Part shown: piece by piece, positions 25,297 to 39,181 of the stretch
How positions within the stretch are numbered: the first letter of the stretch is position 1
How the letters are laid out: every line of letters begins with the position of its first letter
Origin: Eledone cirrhosa
Taxonomy: Eukaryota
Assembly (NCBI GenBank): GCA_964016885.1
Contig: OZ024759.1
Coordinates: 19,096,001-19,160,000, forward strand
DNA: 64,000 nucleotides
Direction of reading: 5' to 3'
Notes under the pieces: model-generated
Seen by the model: the letters and a program-made list of their open reading frames with translations, nothing else
Database searches by the model: none
What the model was told of the DNA's origin: nothing
Program-made: the position numbers and the translations under genes

Positions 25297-25502
25297 CGAG
25301 GGCCAGCTGAAAGGATCATAGGCTGACTATGAAGGAGTGAGTGGTACTAGAACTGTGAAATCTTGCATGCATTACGTTCAACTCTACTTATTAATATCTG
25401 CATTGTTTCCTCTAGGGAAGGGCTATTTTGAAAAATTAAGCCTAATTTGGTCATTCCATGAGAGTTTCTTCGTCAGCCTATGAACTTTACAGCCGACCCT
25501 CT
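25297..25502. mobile_element. Mariner-type MITE inserted at TA within a SINE
   Basis: TIRs CGAGGGCCAGCTGAAAGGATCATAGGCTGAC / GTCAGCCTATGAACTTTACAGCCGACCCTC; TA flanks; sibling at 56060-56384. Confidence 0.85.
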
Positions 25503-26124
25503 TAAGTACCAGTCAATACTAGGGATTGATTTAATCAACTTTGCCCTACCCCCAGAATTGTTGGCTTTCTTCCTACATTTGAAATCAATATTTGTCACAG
25601 TTGATCCTGCAAAAGCATTACAAAGTAAAGATATTTTACTTTTAAATCGTGGTGGTGACGCCGTCTCAAACTTGGCAAGAATCAGTCACAAAGACTTGCT
25701 AAGATATTTAGCGATCACACTTTATTTTACAGTTCTTGCAATACCATAGTTTTCTAAGTGTCTGGCAATAAAAATAACCAGAATTTCCATTTAACTGAGG
25801 TTTCACACATCATAAGCAAAGCGTTAAATGTGTTTCAATTCTTCTTTGACGCTTATGAAATTCAATTACGTCACAAATATTTTGGACAATAGTAAAAGTG
25901 TGACTGAAGGTTGCGAATAAACAGAGTCATTAGAACATCTTACAGAATGCTTTGTAGTATTAGTTCAGGTTATTTGTGCTCTGGGTTCAAATCCCACGGT
26001 GGTCAACTTTATCTTTAACCGTTTAGAGGTCGCTAAAATAGTACCAGTCCAATACTGACGTCGATTCTCTTTCTCACTTCTTTTCTCTCACTCTGCCTCT
26101 CTAACCATCTATCTATCTGTCTAT

Positions 26125-26630
26125 CCACCCTCCTTCAAAAACGGAGGAGAGGCGGTTTTCCTTTGTGTGATAGCTATGGCGAAAGAGGTTGTATGGTGGA
26201 CAAGGTTGAAAAGGGCTGAGGTCAGACACCTTTCTCTCCGGCCAACAATTGATTCTTTTTTTCAAATACCACTTTGGAAGAAGAATCAGGATGGAGAGAG
26301 AGGTGCTGTACCCCAGCAAGTTTTATGAAAGGTTGGTGAAAGTGGCGAGAATGACCCGAGTGAATGGGCCTTCTCTCTATATCAGCCTGTAGGTTGAGGA
26401 AAAGGAGGAGGAGAGGAAAGGAGTACAAACTCTTCGTAATCCTGGAGATGAGGGTTTCACATTTTTTCGGGGATATGTGTTACCCATATGAAATGTCTCC
26501 CCCTATTGGGGAAAATCGATTAATTTTTAAATTACATTTGTGATAGCAATTTACACGTTTTTATTGTCTGTAAACTTCCCCCTTTGTATTTGTCCCCTTC
26601 TATTGTGCCCCTGTGGCTAATAAAGAAACA
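26125..26630 (+). mobile_element. Tx1-like LINE 3' fragment
   Basis: Homologous to 18905-19390; (TATC)n on both sides. Confidence 0.85.
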
Positions 26631-26677
<47 letters not shown>

Positions 26678-27742
26678 ATGCTGTTGTGGTATTTATTCAG
26701 GCTCTTTACGTTTTGGGTTCAAATCGACCCGCCGAGGTCTATGCATATTTTCACACGAAGCTAGTTTTCAATTTGCGAAGCTTCCAAGCGATATGTTCCC
26801 CATTTTGAATGTGGGCACGTTATATATGTATGGTCCCGTAACTCTTAATGGAGTCGTAGGGGAGCCGCAGTAACATACGGCGTTTCCAGAGCATTTTTTA
26901 AACCTGGCAGAGACAAATCCTCTCCAGATCTGAACACATATTTCTTCCAGAGAAGAATAGAGATTAAGAGAGTGGAAGTGATGAAGAGATATATAGAGGA
27001 AGAATTGACCCCAGTACTTAACTGGTACTTATTTATCGACCTCTAATGGATGAAAGATAAAGCTGACCTCGGCGGGGTTTCAACTCAGAGAGACAGACAG
27101 CCGAAACGAATACCACAAAGCATTCTATCTGACGCTCTAACGACTCTACCAATTAACTGCCTTGGGCATGTTATACTTATATGTATGACATTATCACCTG
27201 ATATCCATGCGGAGGTTTGCTATTACATTCAGGGTGTTTACTAACAGCATAGAAATTCACATACGAAATCACATGCACTGATGTTTGACTATTTAGGCAA
27301 ATGCAATACAAATATTTATATTTATCACATAACAATTTGATTCATCTAATATACGATATTTTTTTTCTATTTTTTTTTTCTGTTTTTGTTTTGCTTTGTT
27401 TGTTTGTCTTTCTTTGAGTTTTTTTGTTTTTTTTTTAGCATATAATATACTTCTCGAACCATAGCTATTGAGTTTCACACATTTCTAACTATTGCAAAAG
27501 TAGCAGTAAAAAAAAAAACGATGTTGAAATTATGTAAATATCAACAATGCATGCTAAGCAGGTAATGTTTTGTCCAGTGTTGGTGATTCCGAAATACAGC
27601 ATTTAATGTTGACACATTAAATGAAAGGAAAAGCTTGAACAAGAAACCACAAAGTTTTGCAAACATTAATACACACCTACGTACAAGCAAGTACACGAAC
27701 GCACACCAGATTTGTATGCATACATGCATGTATATGTGTGTA

Positions 27743-27786
<44 letters not shown>

Positions 27787-27788
27787 TA

Positions 27789-27840
<52 letters not shown>

Positions 27841-27952
27841 CACACACACAAACATATATCTGTACATATGCATACATATATAAGTATGTGTATTTATATG
27901 TTTATACATGCATCTGTAGGTATATATATATAAATATACATACATATATATA

Positions 27953-27983
<31 letters not shown>

Positions 27984-28019
27984 GTGTATATGTATATATA
28001 AGCACATATGTATACATAC

Positions 28020-28074
<55 letters not shown>

Positions 28075-28096
28075 TGTGTTGATATGTATATATATA

Positions 28097-28136
<40 letters not shown>

Positions 28137-28295
28137 TGTGTGTATGTGTGCGTTTCAACTGAAAATTACGTGACAAGAAAAATAAAACATATGTATTTAA
28201 ATATTTTCCAAGCATGAAAAACGGATTTTTGCAAAAGCGTGATTATGATAATTGCAAGTGTCCAAACGTCCATGTGAATCTTGTTTCTTCTTGAA

Positions 28296-28360
28296 GGGGG
28301 GGGGGGGGGGGGGGGGGGGGAGTATGTGTGTGTATGTGTGTGTGACAGAGAAAGAGAGTC

Positions 28361-28394
<34 letters not shown>

Positions 28395-29318
28395 AGAGTG
28401 AGAGAGATAGTATGTGTGTGAGAGAGAGAGAGAAAGAGTGAGTGTGTGTGTGTGTGTGTGTGACAGAGAAAGAGAGTCTTTGTGTGTGTGTGTGTGTGTG
28501 TATGTGTGTGTATAAGAGTGAGAGAGATAGTATGTGTGTGAGAGAGAGAGAGAAAGAGTGAGTGTGTGTGTATAAGAGTGAGAGAGATAGTATGTGTGTG
28601 AGAGAGAGAGAGAAAGAGTGAGTGTGTGTGTATGTGTGTGTGTGACAGAGAAAGAGAGTCTTTGTGAGTGTGTGTGTGTGTGTGTGTGTAAGAGTGAGAG
28701 ATAGTATATGTGTGAGAGAGAGAGAGAAAGAGTGAGTGTGTGTGTATGTGTGTGTGTGACAGAGAAAGAGAGTCTTTGTGAGTGTGTGTGTGTGTGTAAG
28801 AGTGAGAGAGATAGTATATGTGTGAGAGAGAGAGAGAAAGAGTGAGTGTGTGTGTGTATGTGTGTGTGTGTGACAGAGAAAGAGAGTCTTTGTGTGTGTA
28901 TAAGAGTGAGAGAGATAGTATGTGTGTGAGAGAGAGAGAGAAAGAGTTAGTGTGTGTGTATGTGTGTGAGAGAGAGAGTTAACGTGTGTCTAAAAGAGAG
29001 TGGTTGTGTGTCTGTGTATGAGAGAGAGAGAGAGATAAAGGGTTTGTGTGAGAGAGAGAGAAAGAGTGTGTCAGAGCGATAGAGAGAGAGTTTATATATG
29101 GATGAGTTTGTATGTGTGGGAGAAAGTGATATTGAGATAATGAGTTCGTGTGTTAGATAAAGAGGGAGAGAGAGAGTTTGTGTGTGAGAACGACAGAGAG
29201 AGAGCTTATACGCGTGTGCGTGTGTGTTTGTGTGAGAGTGATTGAGAGAGAGCTTATATGCATGTTGTGTATGTGTTTGAGCGTACTATTGTGTGTGTCT
29301 GTGTGTGTGTCTGTGTGT

Positions 29319-29369
<51 letters not shown>

Positions 29370-29468
29370 TGTGTGTGTGTCTGTGTGTGTGTCTGTGTGT
29401 GTTTGTCTGTGTGTCTGTCTGTGTGTGTCTGTGTGTGTCTGTGTGTCTGTCGGTGTGTCTGTCTGTGT

Positions 29469-29500
<32 letters not shown>

Positions 29501-29524
29501 CTCTGTGTGTGGGTCTGTGTGTCT

Positions 29525-29556
<32 letters not shown>

Positions 29557-29615
29557 CTGTGTGTGTGTGTCTGTGTGTGTGTGTGTGTGTCTGTGTGTGT
29601 GTGTGTGTGTGTGTT
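28296..29615. repeat. G25 run, compound (GT)n/(GA)n minisatellite and (GT/GTCT)n array
   Basis: Recurring GACAGAGAAAGAGAGTCTTTG and TAAGAGTGAGAGAGATAGTAT units. Confidence 0.95.
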
Positions 29616-30140
29616 AAAATATATTTTCTGTAAGCATATATTTTCTGTGTGTGTGTGTTAAAATATAAAAACAGAAAACATAATATCCAATTAGAGTTTT
29701 CGAAGCATATAGAAATTTGAAAATTATGAGAAAAACAGATTCTAGCTTTCAGATGAGCTTCGGGGATAATGAAAACGGAATCATGCGATATTGCATAATG
29801 AAAGACAGAGAAAAAAACTGATATGATGTGAAAAAAAAATGGTCGTGATATAAATGCATTGCATAAGATTATGGATTAAAGCAGACCACGTCAGATAAAA
29901 CTTATTTTATTTTATTATATAATATATGCTTTATATATTTTAAGACATTATGTTATATTTTTATTAGATTTTCTTTATATAATATGATATTATATTATAT
30001 TTTTATATATATATTATAATATATTTTATTTATATATAACTATATATTATAGTATTATATTATATATATTTTATTACATTTAATATATATATATATATAT
30101 ATATGTGTGTGTATATATATTATATTATATTTTATTTATA

Positions 30141-30217
30141 TTGGGTCGTCAAGTATGAAATCTGTAGAGGTTTGTAGAAAAAAAACTAATTTCTACAAAT
30201 TTCATACTTCACCTATT
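30141..30217. mobile_element. Tiny mariner-like MITE
   Basis: Imperfect TIRs AAGTATGAAATCTGTAGA / TCTACAAATTTCATACTT, between TA. Confidence 0.55.
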
Positions 30218-30699
30218 ATATCTAATATATTATATAATATTATATTATATATTATATAATATTATATTATATATTATATTATATTATATCATATTATATT
30301 ATATATATATTTGATTACATTTTATATATTTTATTATATTATATAATATTTTGTATTTTTCATATTTTATTGGTATTATATAATTTCTATTATATTTTAT
30401 TATATTATATTAAATTTTATACCTTTTATTATATTTTATAGTATTATAATTTTATATTATATATTTTATAGTATTGAATTTTCTCTATTATATATTTTAT
30501 ATTAATTTTTATTCTATTTTTATCCTCCTCATAATCCAGATTATATTATGTCACATTCAAATGTTTATTAATAGTTCGACGTATTTCAGTTTCCAATTAA
30601 CGCGTTAAGATATCTCAAAATAAATAAATGAATAAATAAACTTTGAAATATTTTTTCAGTTATATAATCAAAGAAAAGCATTGAAATCTTATAATGGGA

Positions 30700-30755
<56 letters not shown>

Positions 30756-31123
30756 GCCAAGCTGAAAGGTTATATTATATCATATATATATATTTCATAT
30801 TTATATATGTATATATATATATATATATATATTGAAATGTATATATATAAATATATATATAGAATATATATTATATTTATAGATAAGATATATTAACATA
30901 TATATATATACATATATATAATGTACATTATATAAATATATATATATATAAATATATATATATACCAGCACTACTTCTTTACAGAGTGTACTAATAATGA
31001 TTATAGAAATATATATATATATATTTAATTACTATTATAGAACATATTAAAAGTTTAAGCAAACAATTTCTCTTCTTACCCTTTCTCGAGCTCATTTTAG
31101 ATCCTGACAATGTGTGTGTCTAC

Positions 31124-31371
<248 letters not shown>

Positions 31372-31394
31372 TATATGTGTGTGTGTGTATATAT

Positions 31395-31542
31395 AGGAAA
31401 AGAGTCAGGACCCCGACGGCTGAGCTACGACCGTTTTGGTTAGCTAGATACGAACTCTTTTCATATTACCCACACTACTACCCTAAGTATCGAGTACTCT
31501 GGTGCGTTATGGTCCACCTGGTATCTTACCACACCTTCTTTG

Positions 31543-31543
<1 letters not shown>
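31395..31543 (+). mobile_element. Family A copy 6 (internally deleted)
   Basis: Left arm plus tail; (TA)n flanks. Confidence 0.8.
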
Positions 31544-31576
<33 letters not shown>

Positions 31577-31579
<3 letters not shown>

Positions 31580-31893
31580 GCAATCGAAAGGTTGTGAGTT
31601 CAATTCTCAGACCGGGTGATGTGTTGTTTCCTTGAGCAAGACACTTTATTTCACATTGCTCCAGTTTACTCAGCTGTAGAAATGAGATGATAGAGACTGG
31701 GGTCCCTATCATTGCACTGCAAAGTGGTTGTGTAGGTGCCACGGCAAAAAAGCACCCAGCACTCACTGTAAATGAGGTTGGTGTTAGGAAGGGCATCCAG
31801 CTGTAGAAATCAATCCAGAATCAGTTCCCGTCCCACCCTTGCAAGCAGGGAAAAGCGGACGTAAAATGAAATGATGAAAAATGAAATGATGAT
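31577..31893 (+). mobile_element. SINE family 2 (RTE-tailed), 5'-truncated
   Basis: Near-identical to 45984-46328. Confidence 0.9.
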
Positions 31894-31969
31894 ACATATA
31901 TAGTAATAATAATAAATGTGACAACTAAAATCCGAAGAGGGTTCGATAAGGATAATATATATTTAATAA

Positions 31970-32003
<34 letters not shown>

Positions 32004-32196
32004 CCTGACCCTGCAAATATCATTCTGACGCACTCTAATCATGTATAAATAAGACACGCATGCATGCTACACGTGAGATTGTTTCATGCACTGACTACTC
32101 TAAGCTTTCCTCTTGCTTTATCTTCATAGACTGCCAACGCTTCATGTTTATCTTTATTTTCATTCTTGCTTTTATTTTTATTTTTATTTTTATCCT

Positions 32197-32775
32197 GTAA
32201 CCTTTACATGTAAATTGCCATGCTATATCATTTGATGAGTGTCACCCCACTGTTGATCAATATGCGCATATGTTTTATGTGTCTCTTGGGTTGAAAAGGA
32301 GGTCAAGTATGTTATAGATCAGTAAATAGTTGCTCCGAAGAATCCAAACCTCGGTTTGGAGGAAACAATTGTAAGCAAATAAATGACTTAAACTGAACTT
32401 TGATTATTGTAATCTCTATATGTATATATATATATATATTAGTAATGCTGTATTCGATTCTTTGAAGTCACGTGTTATAATTTCATTCAAGAACACCACT
32501 AGCTCTCTCTCACTCGCTCTCTCACAACCACTTTCTCTCTATATATATCTCTTTCTATCTATGTTTCTCTCTCTGTCTATTCATGAAGGAAGAACCCTGG
32601 AAGAACCCCGTATCTCGGGAACCCGTGCTCCGATTTACGTGAAACTTGTTTTATTCCATTTGTTTTCCCATTTCAGGGGCAACTACTTTTCCAAATAGTT
32701 TGCCATTATACGGCGTTTTGGCTGTTTTGAATTACAGACAAGACACAATCACACGGTTTTAGTAGTGTATGTATG

Positions 32776-32820
<45 letters not shown>

Positions 32821-33039
32821 TACATGAATCAAAGTTCTGTTTAAATCATTTATTTGCTTACAATTGTTTCTTCCAAACCGAGGTTTGGAGTCTTTGGAGC
32901 AATTATTCAGTGATTTTTTATGTACTTGACCTCCTTTCCAACACAAGAGACATATAGAAACCTATGTATATATTGACCCACAGTGGGTTGACATCCATTA
33001 TAATAATATAGCATGGCAATTTACATACAAAGATTACAG
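32197..33039. repeat. Diverged inverted pair, family J (32197-32418 / 32815-33039)
   Basis: Shared TCCAAACCTCGGTTTGGA and AAACAATTGTAAGCAAATAAATGA; inner ends abut (TA)n. Confidence 0.8.
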
Positions 33040-33143
33040 TCATATTAAACAAAAAAAATTACTGTCTTTCACTATTTAGGGTTTAAAATATATATAACTA
33101 TAAAAGGTTTTAGTGTATACATAACCATAAATAGTATCCTTAA

Positions 33144-33181
<38 letters not shown>

Positions 33182-33280
33182 GAAAAGATGTCAACACGAA
33201 TGGACCTGTTATTTTTATCTAAAGACATTTTTTTCCAATTCTAATCCGCCTGTCTCTTCAATCTATCTTATTTCTCATTC

Positions 33281-33323
<43 letters not shown>

Positions 33324-33326
<3 letters not shown>

Positions 33327-33629
33327 TCATCATCATCATCATCATCATCATTTTACGTCCACTTTTCCCTGCTTGCAAGGGTGGGACGGGAACTGATTCT
33401 GGTTCGATTTCTACAGCTGGATGCCCTTCCTAACACCAACCTCATTTACAGTGAGTGCTGGGTGCTTTTTTGCCATGGCACCTCCACGACCACTTTGCAG
33501 TGGAATGATAGGGACCCCAGTCCCTATCATCTCATTTCTACAGCTGAGTAAACTGGAGCAATGTGAAATAAAGTGTCTTGCTCAAGGAAACAACACATCA
33601 CCCGGTCTGAGAATTGAACTCACAACCTT
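33324..33629 (-). mobile_element. SINE family 2
   Basis: Near-identical to 45984-46328; (GAT)n tail. Confidence 0.9.
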
Positions 33630-34049
33630 TATATATACATGTATATATATATATATATATTTGTGTGTGTGTGTCAGTGCGTATCTGCGCACGCGCGTAT
33701 ATCTGTGTCTATGTGCATATGTATGTATATATATCTATATATATATATGTGTGTGTGTACATATATATATATGTATCATTAAATCTCATATTTAAGTAGA
33801 TTGTTTTCATGTATCAAACTGCAACAAATTCTTTCCCCGTCCCCCTCATTCCTCCCCCTCCCCCACTCTTCTTGTAAATCTCCCCATTTACGTTTGCAAA
33901 ATTGGCTTTACATCGCTTTCATATTTCTAACATAAGTGCTTCGTTAATGTTTATTCTGAAAGTCTGAAATTTTGAAATATACTAACACTTAACTCTACAT
34001 AAAAATACATGTTTCTGGCCCTTCTACGACCGACAATCCTAACCATTAT

Positions 34050-34860
34050 CTCCACTACTACCACCACCACCACCACTTCCATCACTACTATCACCATAGC
34101 ACCACCACCACCACTATCACTACCACCACTACCAACATCACCCCTTCAACCACCACCATCACTAACACCTCCATCAACATCACCACTACTACCACAACCC
34201 TTACCACCAACACCACCAACACCACCACTACAAGCACAACCACCACCACTACAAGCACAACCACCACCGCTACTACCACCATCACCACCACCACCTCTAC
34301 CATCATCACCCCTTCAACCACCACCATCACTACTACCCCTACCAGCACCACCACTATCACACCACCACCAACACTACCAACACCACCACTACAAGCAGAA
34401 CCACCACCGCTACTACCACCATCACCACCACCACCTCCACTACCATCACTACCACCACCTTTACCATCATCACCCCTTCAACCACCACCATCACTACTAC
34501 CCTCACCAGCACCACCACTATCACACCACCACCAACACCACCAACACCACCACTACAAGCACAACCACCACTGCTACTACCACCATCACCACCACCACCT
34601 CCACTACCATCACTACCACCACCTTTACCATCATCACCCCTTCAACCACCACCATCACTACTACCCTCACCAGCACCACCACTATCACACCACCACCAAC
34701 ACCACCAGCACCACCACTACTAGCACAACCACCACCACCACCACCACCATCAACACTTTCGACACCACTACCATCACCTCCACTACCACCACTATCACCA
34801 TCACCTCTACCACCATTACTATTGCTCCTACCAACGTCACCACTATCACCATCATTAACT
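34050..34860. repeat. Degenerate (ACC/CAT/CAA)n triplet array with internal block duplications
   Basis: Direct reading. Confidence 0.95.
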
Positions 34861-34960
34861 ATCTGAAACCACGACAAAGTACCACTCTGTATGCCCTAAA
34901 AACGCCGTATGACAATATGGCGCCTCTATAACTCCCTCTGGAGTTACTGGTCTATACATA

Positions 34961-35753
34961 CGGGGCAGTCCGAAAGTCTTGTCACTCCTTGTCACATATT
35001 GTTTTAGTATCGGTAGAGAGTCGGACGCCATGCTTTGACGCATAGTTACGGCCCTTGCCATTCTGAGTTCAAATCCTGCCGAGGTTAACTTTGCCTTTCA
35101 TCCTTACGGGGTCGATAAAATAAAGTACCAGTAATGTACTGGGTATTGTTGGCCTTGTGCCTAAAGTAGAAACAATTATTTTGATCTGAGTTCAGCACTT
35201 TATGGTCTGAGTTCAAATCCCACCGAGGTTAACTTTGCCTTTCATCCTTACAGGGGTCGATAAAATAAAGTACCAGTAATACACTGGGATAATTGCTGGC
35301 CTTGTGCCAAAAGTAGAAACAATTAATTATAATATATAATAATAATTGTTTCTACTTTTGGCACAAGGCCACCAATTACCCAGTACATTTCTGGTACTTT
35401 ATATTATCGACCCTGTAATGATGAAAGGCAAAGTTAATCTCGGCGGGATTTGAACTCAGTTCGTAAAGGAACGTAACTCTATGCTGGAAAGCATGGCATC
35501 CGACTCTCTACCGATACTGAATAATAATATAATTTTCTATTTCAGAGCTCCTACAGTTTGGAAGAGAGGTTGCTTGCAAGTGTATGGACACGTGATCATA
35601 TGCATTCTGGCAAGAGCATGGCGGATGTGCGACATGACTTCACTGCAAGATCCAGCAAACCAGCTCCTCCGAAGAGGACGATACTGCGATGGGAACATAA
35701 ACTGTTTCTCATTACTTTTTGGTAGGGGGTGACAAGACTTTCGGACCACCCTG
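34961..35753. mobile_element. Non-autonomous Tc1-like element with three nested family-1 SINEs
   Basis: TIRs CGGGGCAGTCCGAAAGTCTTGTCACTCCT / GGGGGTGACAAGACTTTCGGACCACCCTG; TA on both sides; SINEs at ~35007-35520. Confidence 0.8.
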
Positions 35754-36339
35754 TACATATATTTATTTATTCTATTTAATTTCGGCTCTCTGTGTTCAAA
35801 TCCCGCTGAAGTCAGCTTTGCTTTTCATTCTTCCTGGGTTGATAAAATATAGTCACAGTTAACTACTCGGTTCGATTGATCGATTTTTCCCTCCCCAGGA
35901 AAATTCCTCTCCTTGTAAGTGAATCACAAAGCATTTCTACTGGGTGGTGGAGCAATTTGAACTAACATCCCTTGCTCAAGGACATAACGCCCCACCCGGT
36001 CCAGAAATCGGACTCAAAAGCACCTAAGTGTGAGCCCAACGTTCTAACCACTAAGACACGCGCCTTTATATAGATATACTTCTCTGTGTATGTGTGTGTG
36101 TGTCTATGTTTATGTCTCGTAACTTGGTGGTTTGGCAAAGAAAAGATCGATAAAATAAGAACGAGACTTGAAAAAATATGTACTGAGGTCGATATGTTCG
36201 ACTAAATCAAGTAGGTGCTCCCAGCTTGGCCGCAGTCTAATGACTGAAACCAGTAAAAAAAAATATATACTATCAGTAAAGCTCTTATTGTTTATTTAAA
36301 TTTAATCACACACATACACCTTTTCTCTCTCGTGCTCTT

Positions 36340-36385
<46 letters not shown>

Positions 36386-36433
36386 TGTTTATCTCTCTCT
36401 CACTCTCTCTCTCTATATATATGTATATATGTG

Positions 36434-36464
<31 letters not shown>

Positions 36465-36513
36465 GTTTATCTCTCTCACTCTCTCTCTCTCTATATATAT
36501 ATGTATATATGTG

Positions 36514-36545
<32 letters not shown>

Positions 36546-36562
36546 TGTTTATCTCTCTCTCA

Positions 36563-36594
<32 letters not shown>

Positions 36595-37734
36595 GTGTGT
36601 ATATATATATGTATATATATATATATATGTGTATATATATATGTATATATATATATATATATATGTTTATCTCTCTCTCACCTCTCTCTATATATATATG
36701 TATATATGTGTATATATATATATATATGTATATATATGTTTATCTCTCTCTCTCTGTATATATATATATATATGTATTTTTTCTGTCCTTATCTTTCACT
36801 CTAAATGTAAACACTATTAAAAATTTTAAATTGTAAAAAGAAAACCTGGCACAGCAAGGAATGATCTGAGACACAGTTTCTACAACTGCAGCGAAGACTG
36901 GAGGTTCTTCTTTTTCTTGTATTCGCGATCGTATTCTTTTTATGATTACCCAAGATTCATGACCTTCATTCAGAATTGCAAACATTTAGTTTACGTTGAG
37001 CGGAATTTGGAACTTAGTACACGGTGCATTTTCTAGTGTAGGTTGCTGTGGGCTCTCTCTCCGTCGTTTTCGGTGGCGAATGCTATAGTTTGACTGAAGT
37101 GATGGAACTGCCTGCTCATGTACGTAGCATGGCCTTCCACAGACACGTGTAGTCGTTAAGTAAATGAAGCGTGACACAATGTGTGTGGCGAGGATGGACC
37201 TATGAATTTACAGGTACAACTCATTTTTGCCAGCTAAGTGGACTGAAGGAAGGTAAAATAAGGCGTCAGGCTCAAGGAAGGACAGAACACGCCACCTTTT
37301 AATTGAGACCTTATATACATACCTATTTTGCTTAATTGTTAATCCAGATGTTGTCCCTGCCCTAGGTAAATATTTAGTATTAGACAGTCTCGGAGACGGA
37401 GCTAATTGTAAAATTTTCTTAATTTTAGGAGTAGATAATTTATAAGTGGTGAAATTTACGATTATCTCCATATTATTTTGTTTTAAAAGAGTATGGTCTT
37501 CAAACCCAACGTAGATTATTTGTTTTCTGTGGTTCCCAGCTCCCAGAATTCCATAACAACCGTCTCGGAGACAGGTGGAATCATACCACTTTACCCACAA
37601 TTACTCTCACTTCCTGTTACTTGCTATATCCGTAACCGACATGCAGCCCTCTGGAATTGTCTCCCAACTCAACATATTCCTGCTGAAATCCTTCGATAAA
37701 TGTTCAAAACTGAATATGATATTGTATGTATGTA

Positions 37735-38070
37735 TGGACCCGTAACTTCTGAGGCAGTCGTAGGGGCGCCATATTGATAGATGGCGTTTCTAGGGAATTT
37801 TAAAACCTAACGAAGCCCATCTCCTCTCCAGGTCTGAATACAGCAGATTTCTTCCAGAGAAAGATAACGAGAGTAATTGAGACGAAGTGAGAAAGAGATA
37901 TAGAGCAAGAATCGGCCCCAGTATTGGACTGGTACTTCTTTTCTCTATCTTGAATGGTCGAAAGGCAAAGTTGACCTCAGCAGAATTTGAACTGAGAGAG
38001 AGCAGAAAGTCGAAATGAATACTGCAAAACATTCTATCTGACATTCTAACAACCCTACCGATTCGTCGGA
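37735..38070 (-). mobile_element. SINE family 1 head and core with alternative 3' tail (type I)
   Basis: Tail ..GACCTGGAGAGGAGATGGG..GCGCCCCTACGAC..GGGTCCATACATAC; related copies near 22.5, 22.9, 23.8, 24.4 and 26.8 kb. Confidence 0.75.
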
Positions 38071-38139
38071 AGAATATAAATATTATTTCTTACATAAAAT
38101 ATATATGCATTAAATTCCCCTCCATACACACCCACCCAC

Positions 38140-38203
<64 letters not shown>

Positions 38204-38847
38204 TCACACACAGACACACACGTCAGTCTGGAAAAGAAATCTGCAAAGGTCAAGAATCAGCCGCTTTCCTCATTGGATTAAATAATAAAGACACATTTTA
38301 CTATTTTTATGATACAAATAAACCAGAATTGTCCTAGAGGTAAGTGCAAACACTTTTTACTTAATGTCGCTTTTGAAAAACTATTTAGAAAAATATTTAT
38401 TGTAAAGTTTTATTTTATATCAAATTTTTGTGATAGATAAGAGCATTATTATATTTAGTACGAAAGAGAGAAGGAAAAAACATACTATTTATATTTATAT
38501 TTTACATTCATTAAATAAATTGAATAAAAACTGAAAATTTACAAGTTGAGAAAACTTGGTCGGAAAGCTATTAAAATTGAAGTCTAAAAAATATAAAATT
38601 AAAATAATGACAACAACAAAAATGATAATAATAATATTTTTTGATTTAGGCACAAGGCCAATAATTTGGGGGGGAAGGGGAAAGTCGATCAAATCAACCC
38701 CAGTGTGTTACTGGTGCTTTATTTTATCACCCCGTAAGGATGAAAGGCAAAGCTAACCTCAGTTGGATTGGAACTCAGAACGTAAAATGACGTAACTATA
38801 TGCCGTAAAGCATGATTAATATTTTTACATTAATTTTAATGATAAAG

Positions 38848-38889
<42 letters not shown>

Positions 38890-38891
<2 letters not shown>

Positions 38892-39144
38892 TGGCTGCCA
38901 ACTCGTTTTCGAGTACGGCCACTACTTTATATCCATGTAGGAGAACCCCTACCGATGCGCTGAACAAGTGTGACTTTTTAGTCCAGCCAGCGACTTGAAA
39001 ACTCTGGTACAAACACTACACTTGTGACAATTATTGACACATAGTGCTGGGCCCATGGTACCATGTGATGACAAGTGCAGAGAGATCTCCAGATATAAAG
39101 CAATGCCTGTGCCGTGAAGCTTTTATAGTGAGCAAAGGCACTGC

Positions 39145-39148
<4 letters not shown>
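38890..39148. mobile_element. Family H copy 2
   Basis: Bounded by (TA)n on both sides; matches 1123-1380. Confidence 0.8.

Positions 39149-39181
<33 letters not shown>

Noticed and set aside
34009-34866. 285-aa Pro/Thr/His-rich ORF resembling an extensin or mucin
   Set aside because: Degenerate triplet repeat with no domain or other support
37493-37735. 68-aa ORF
   Set aside because: ALWNCLP..FK plus a (TGTA)n end suggests a decayed CR1/L2-like end; low support
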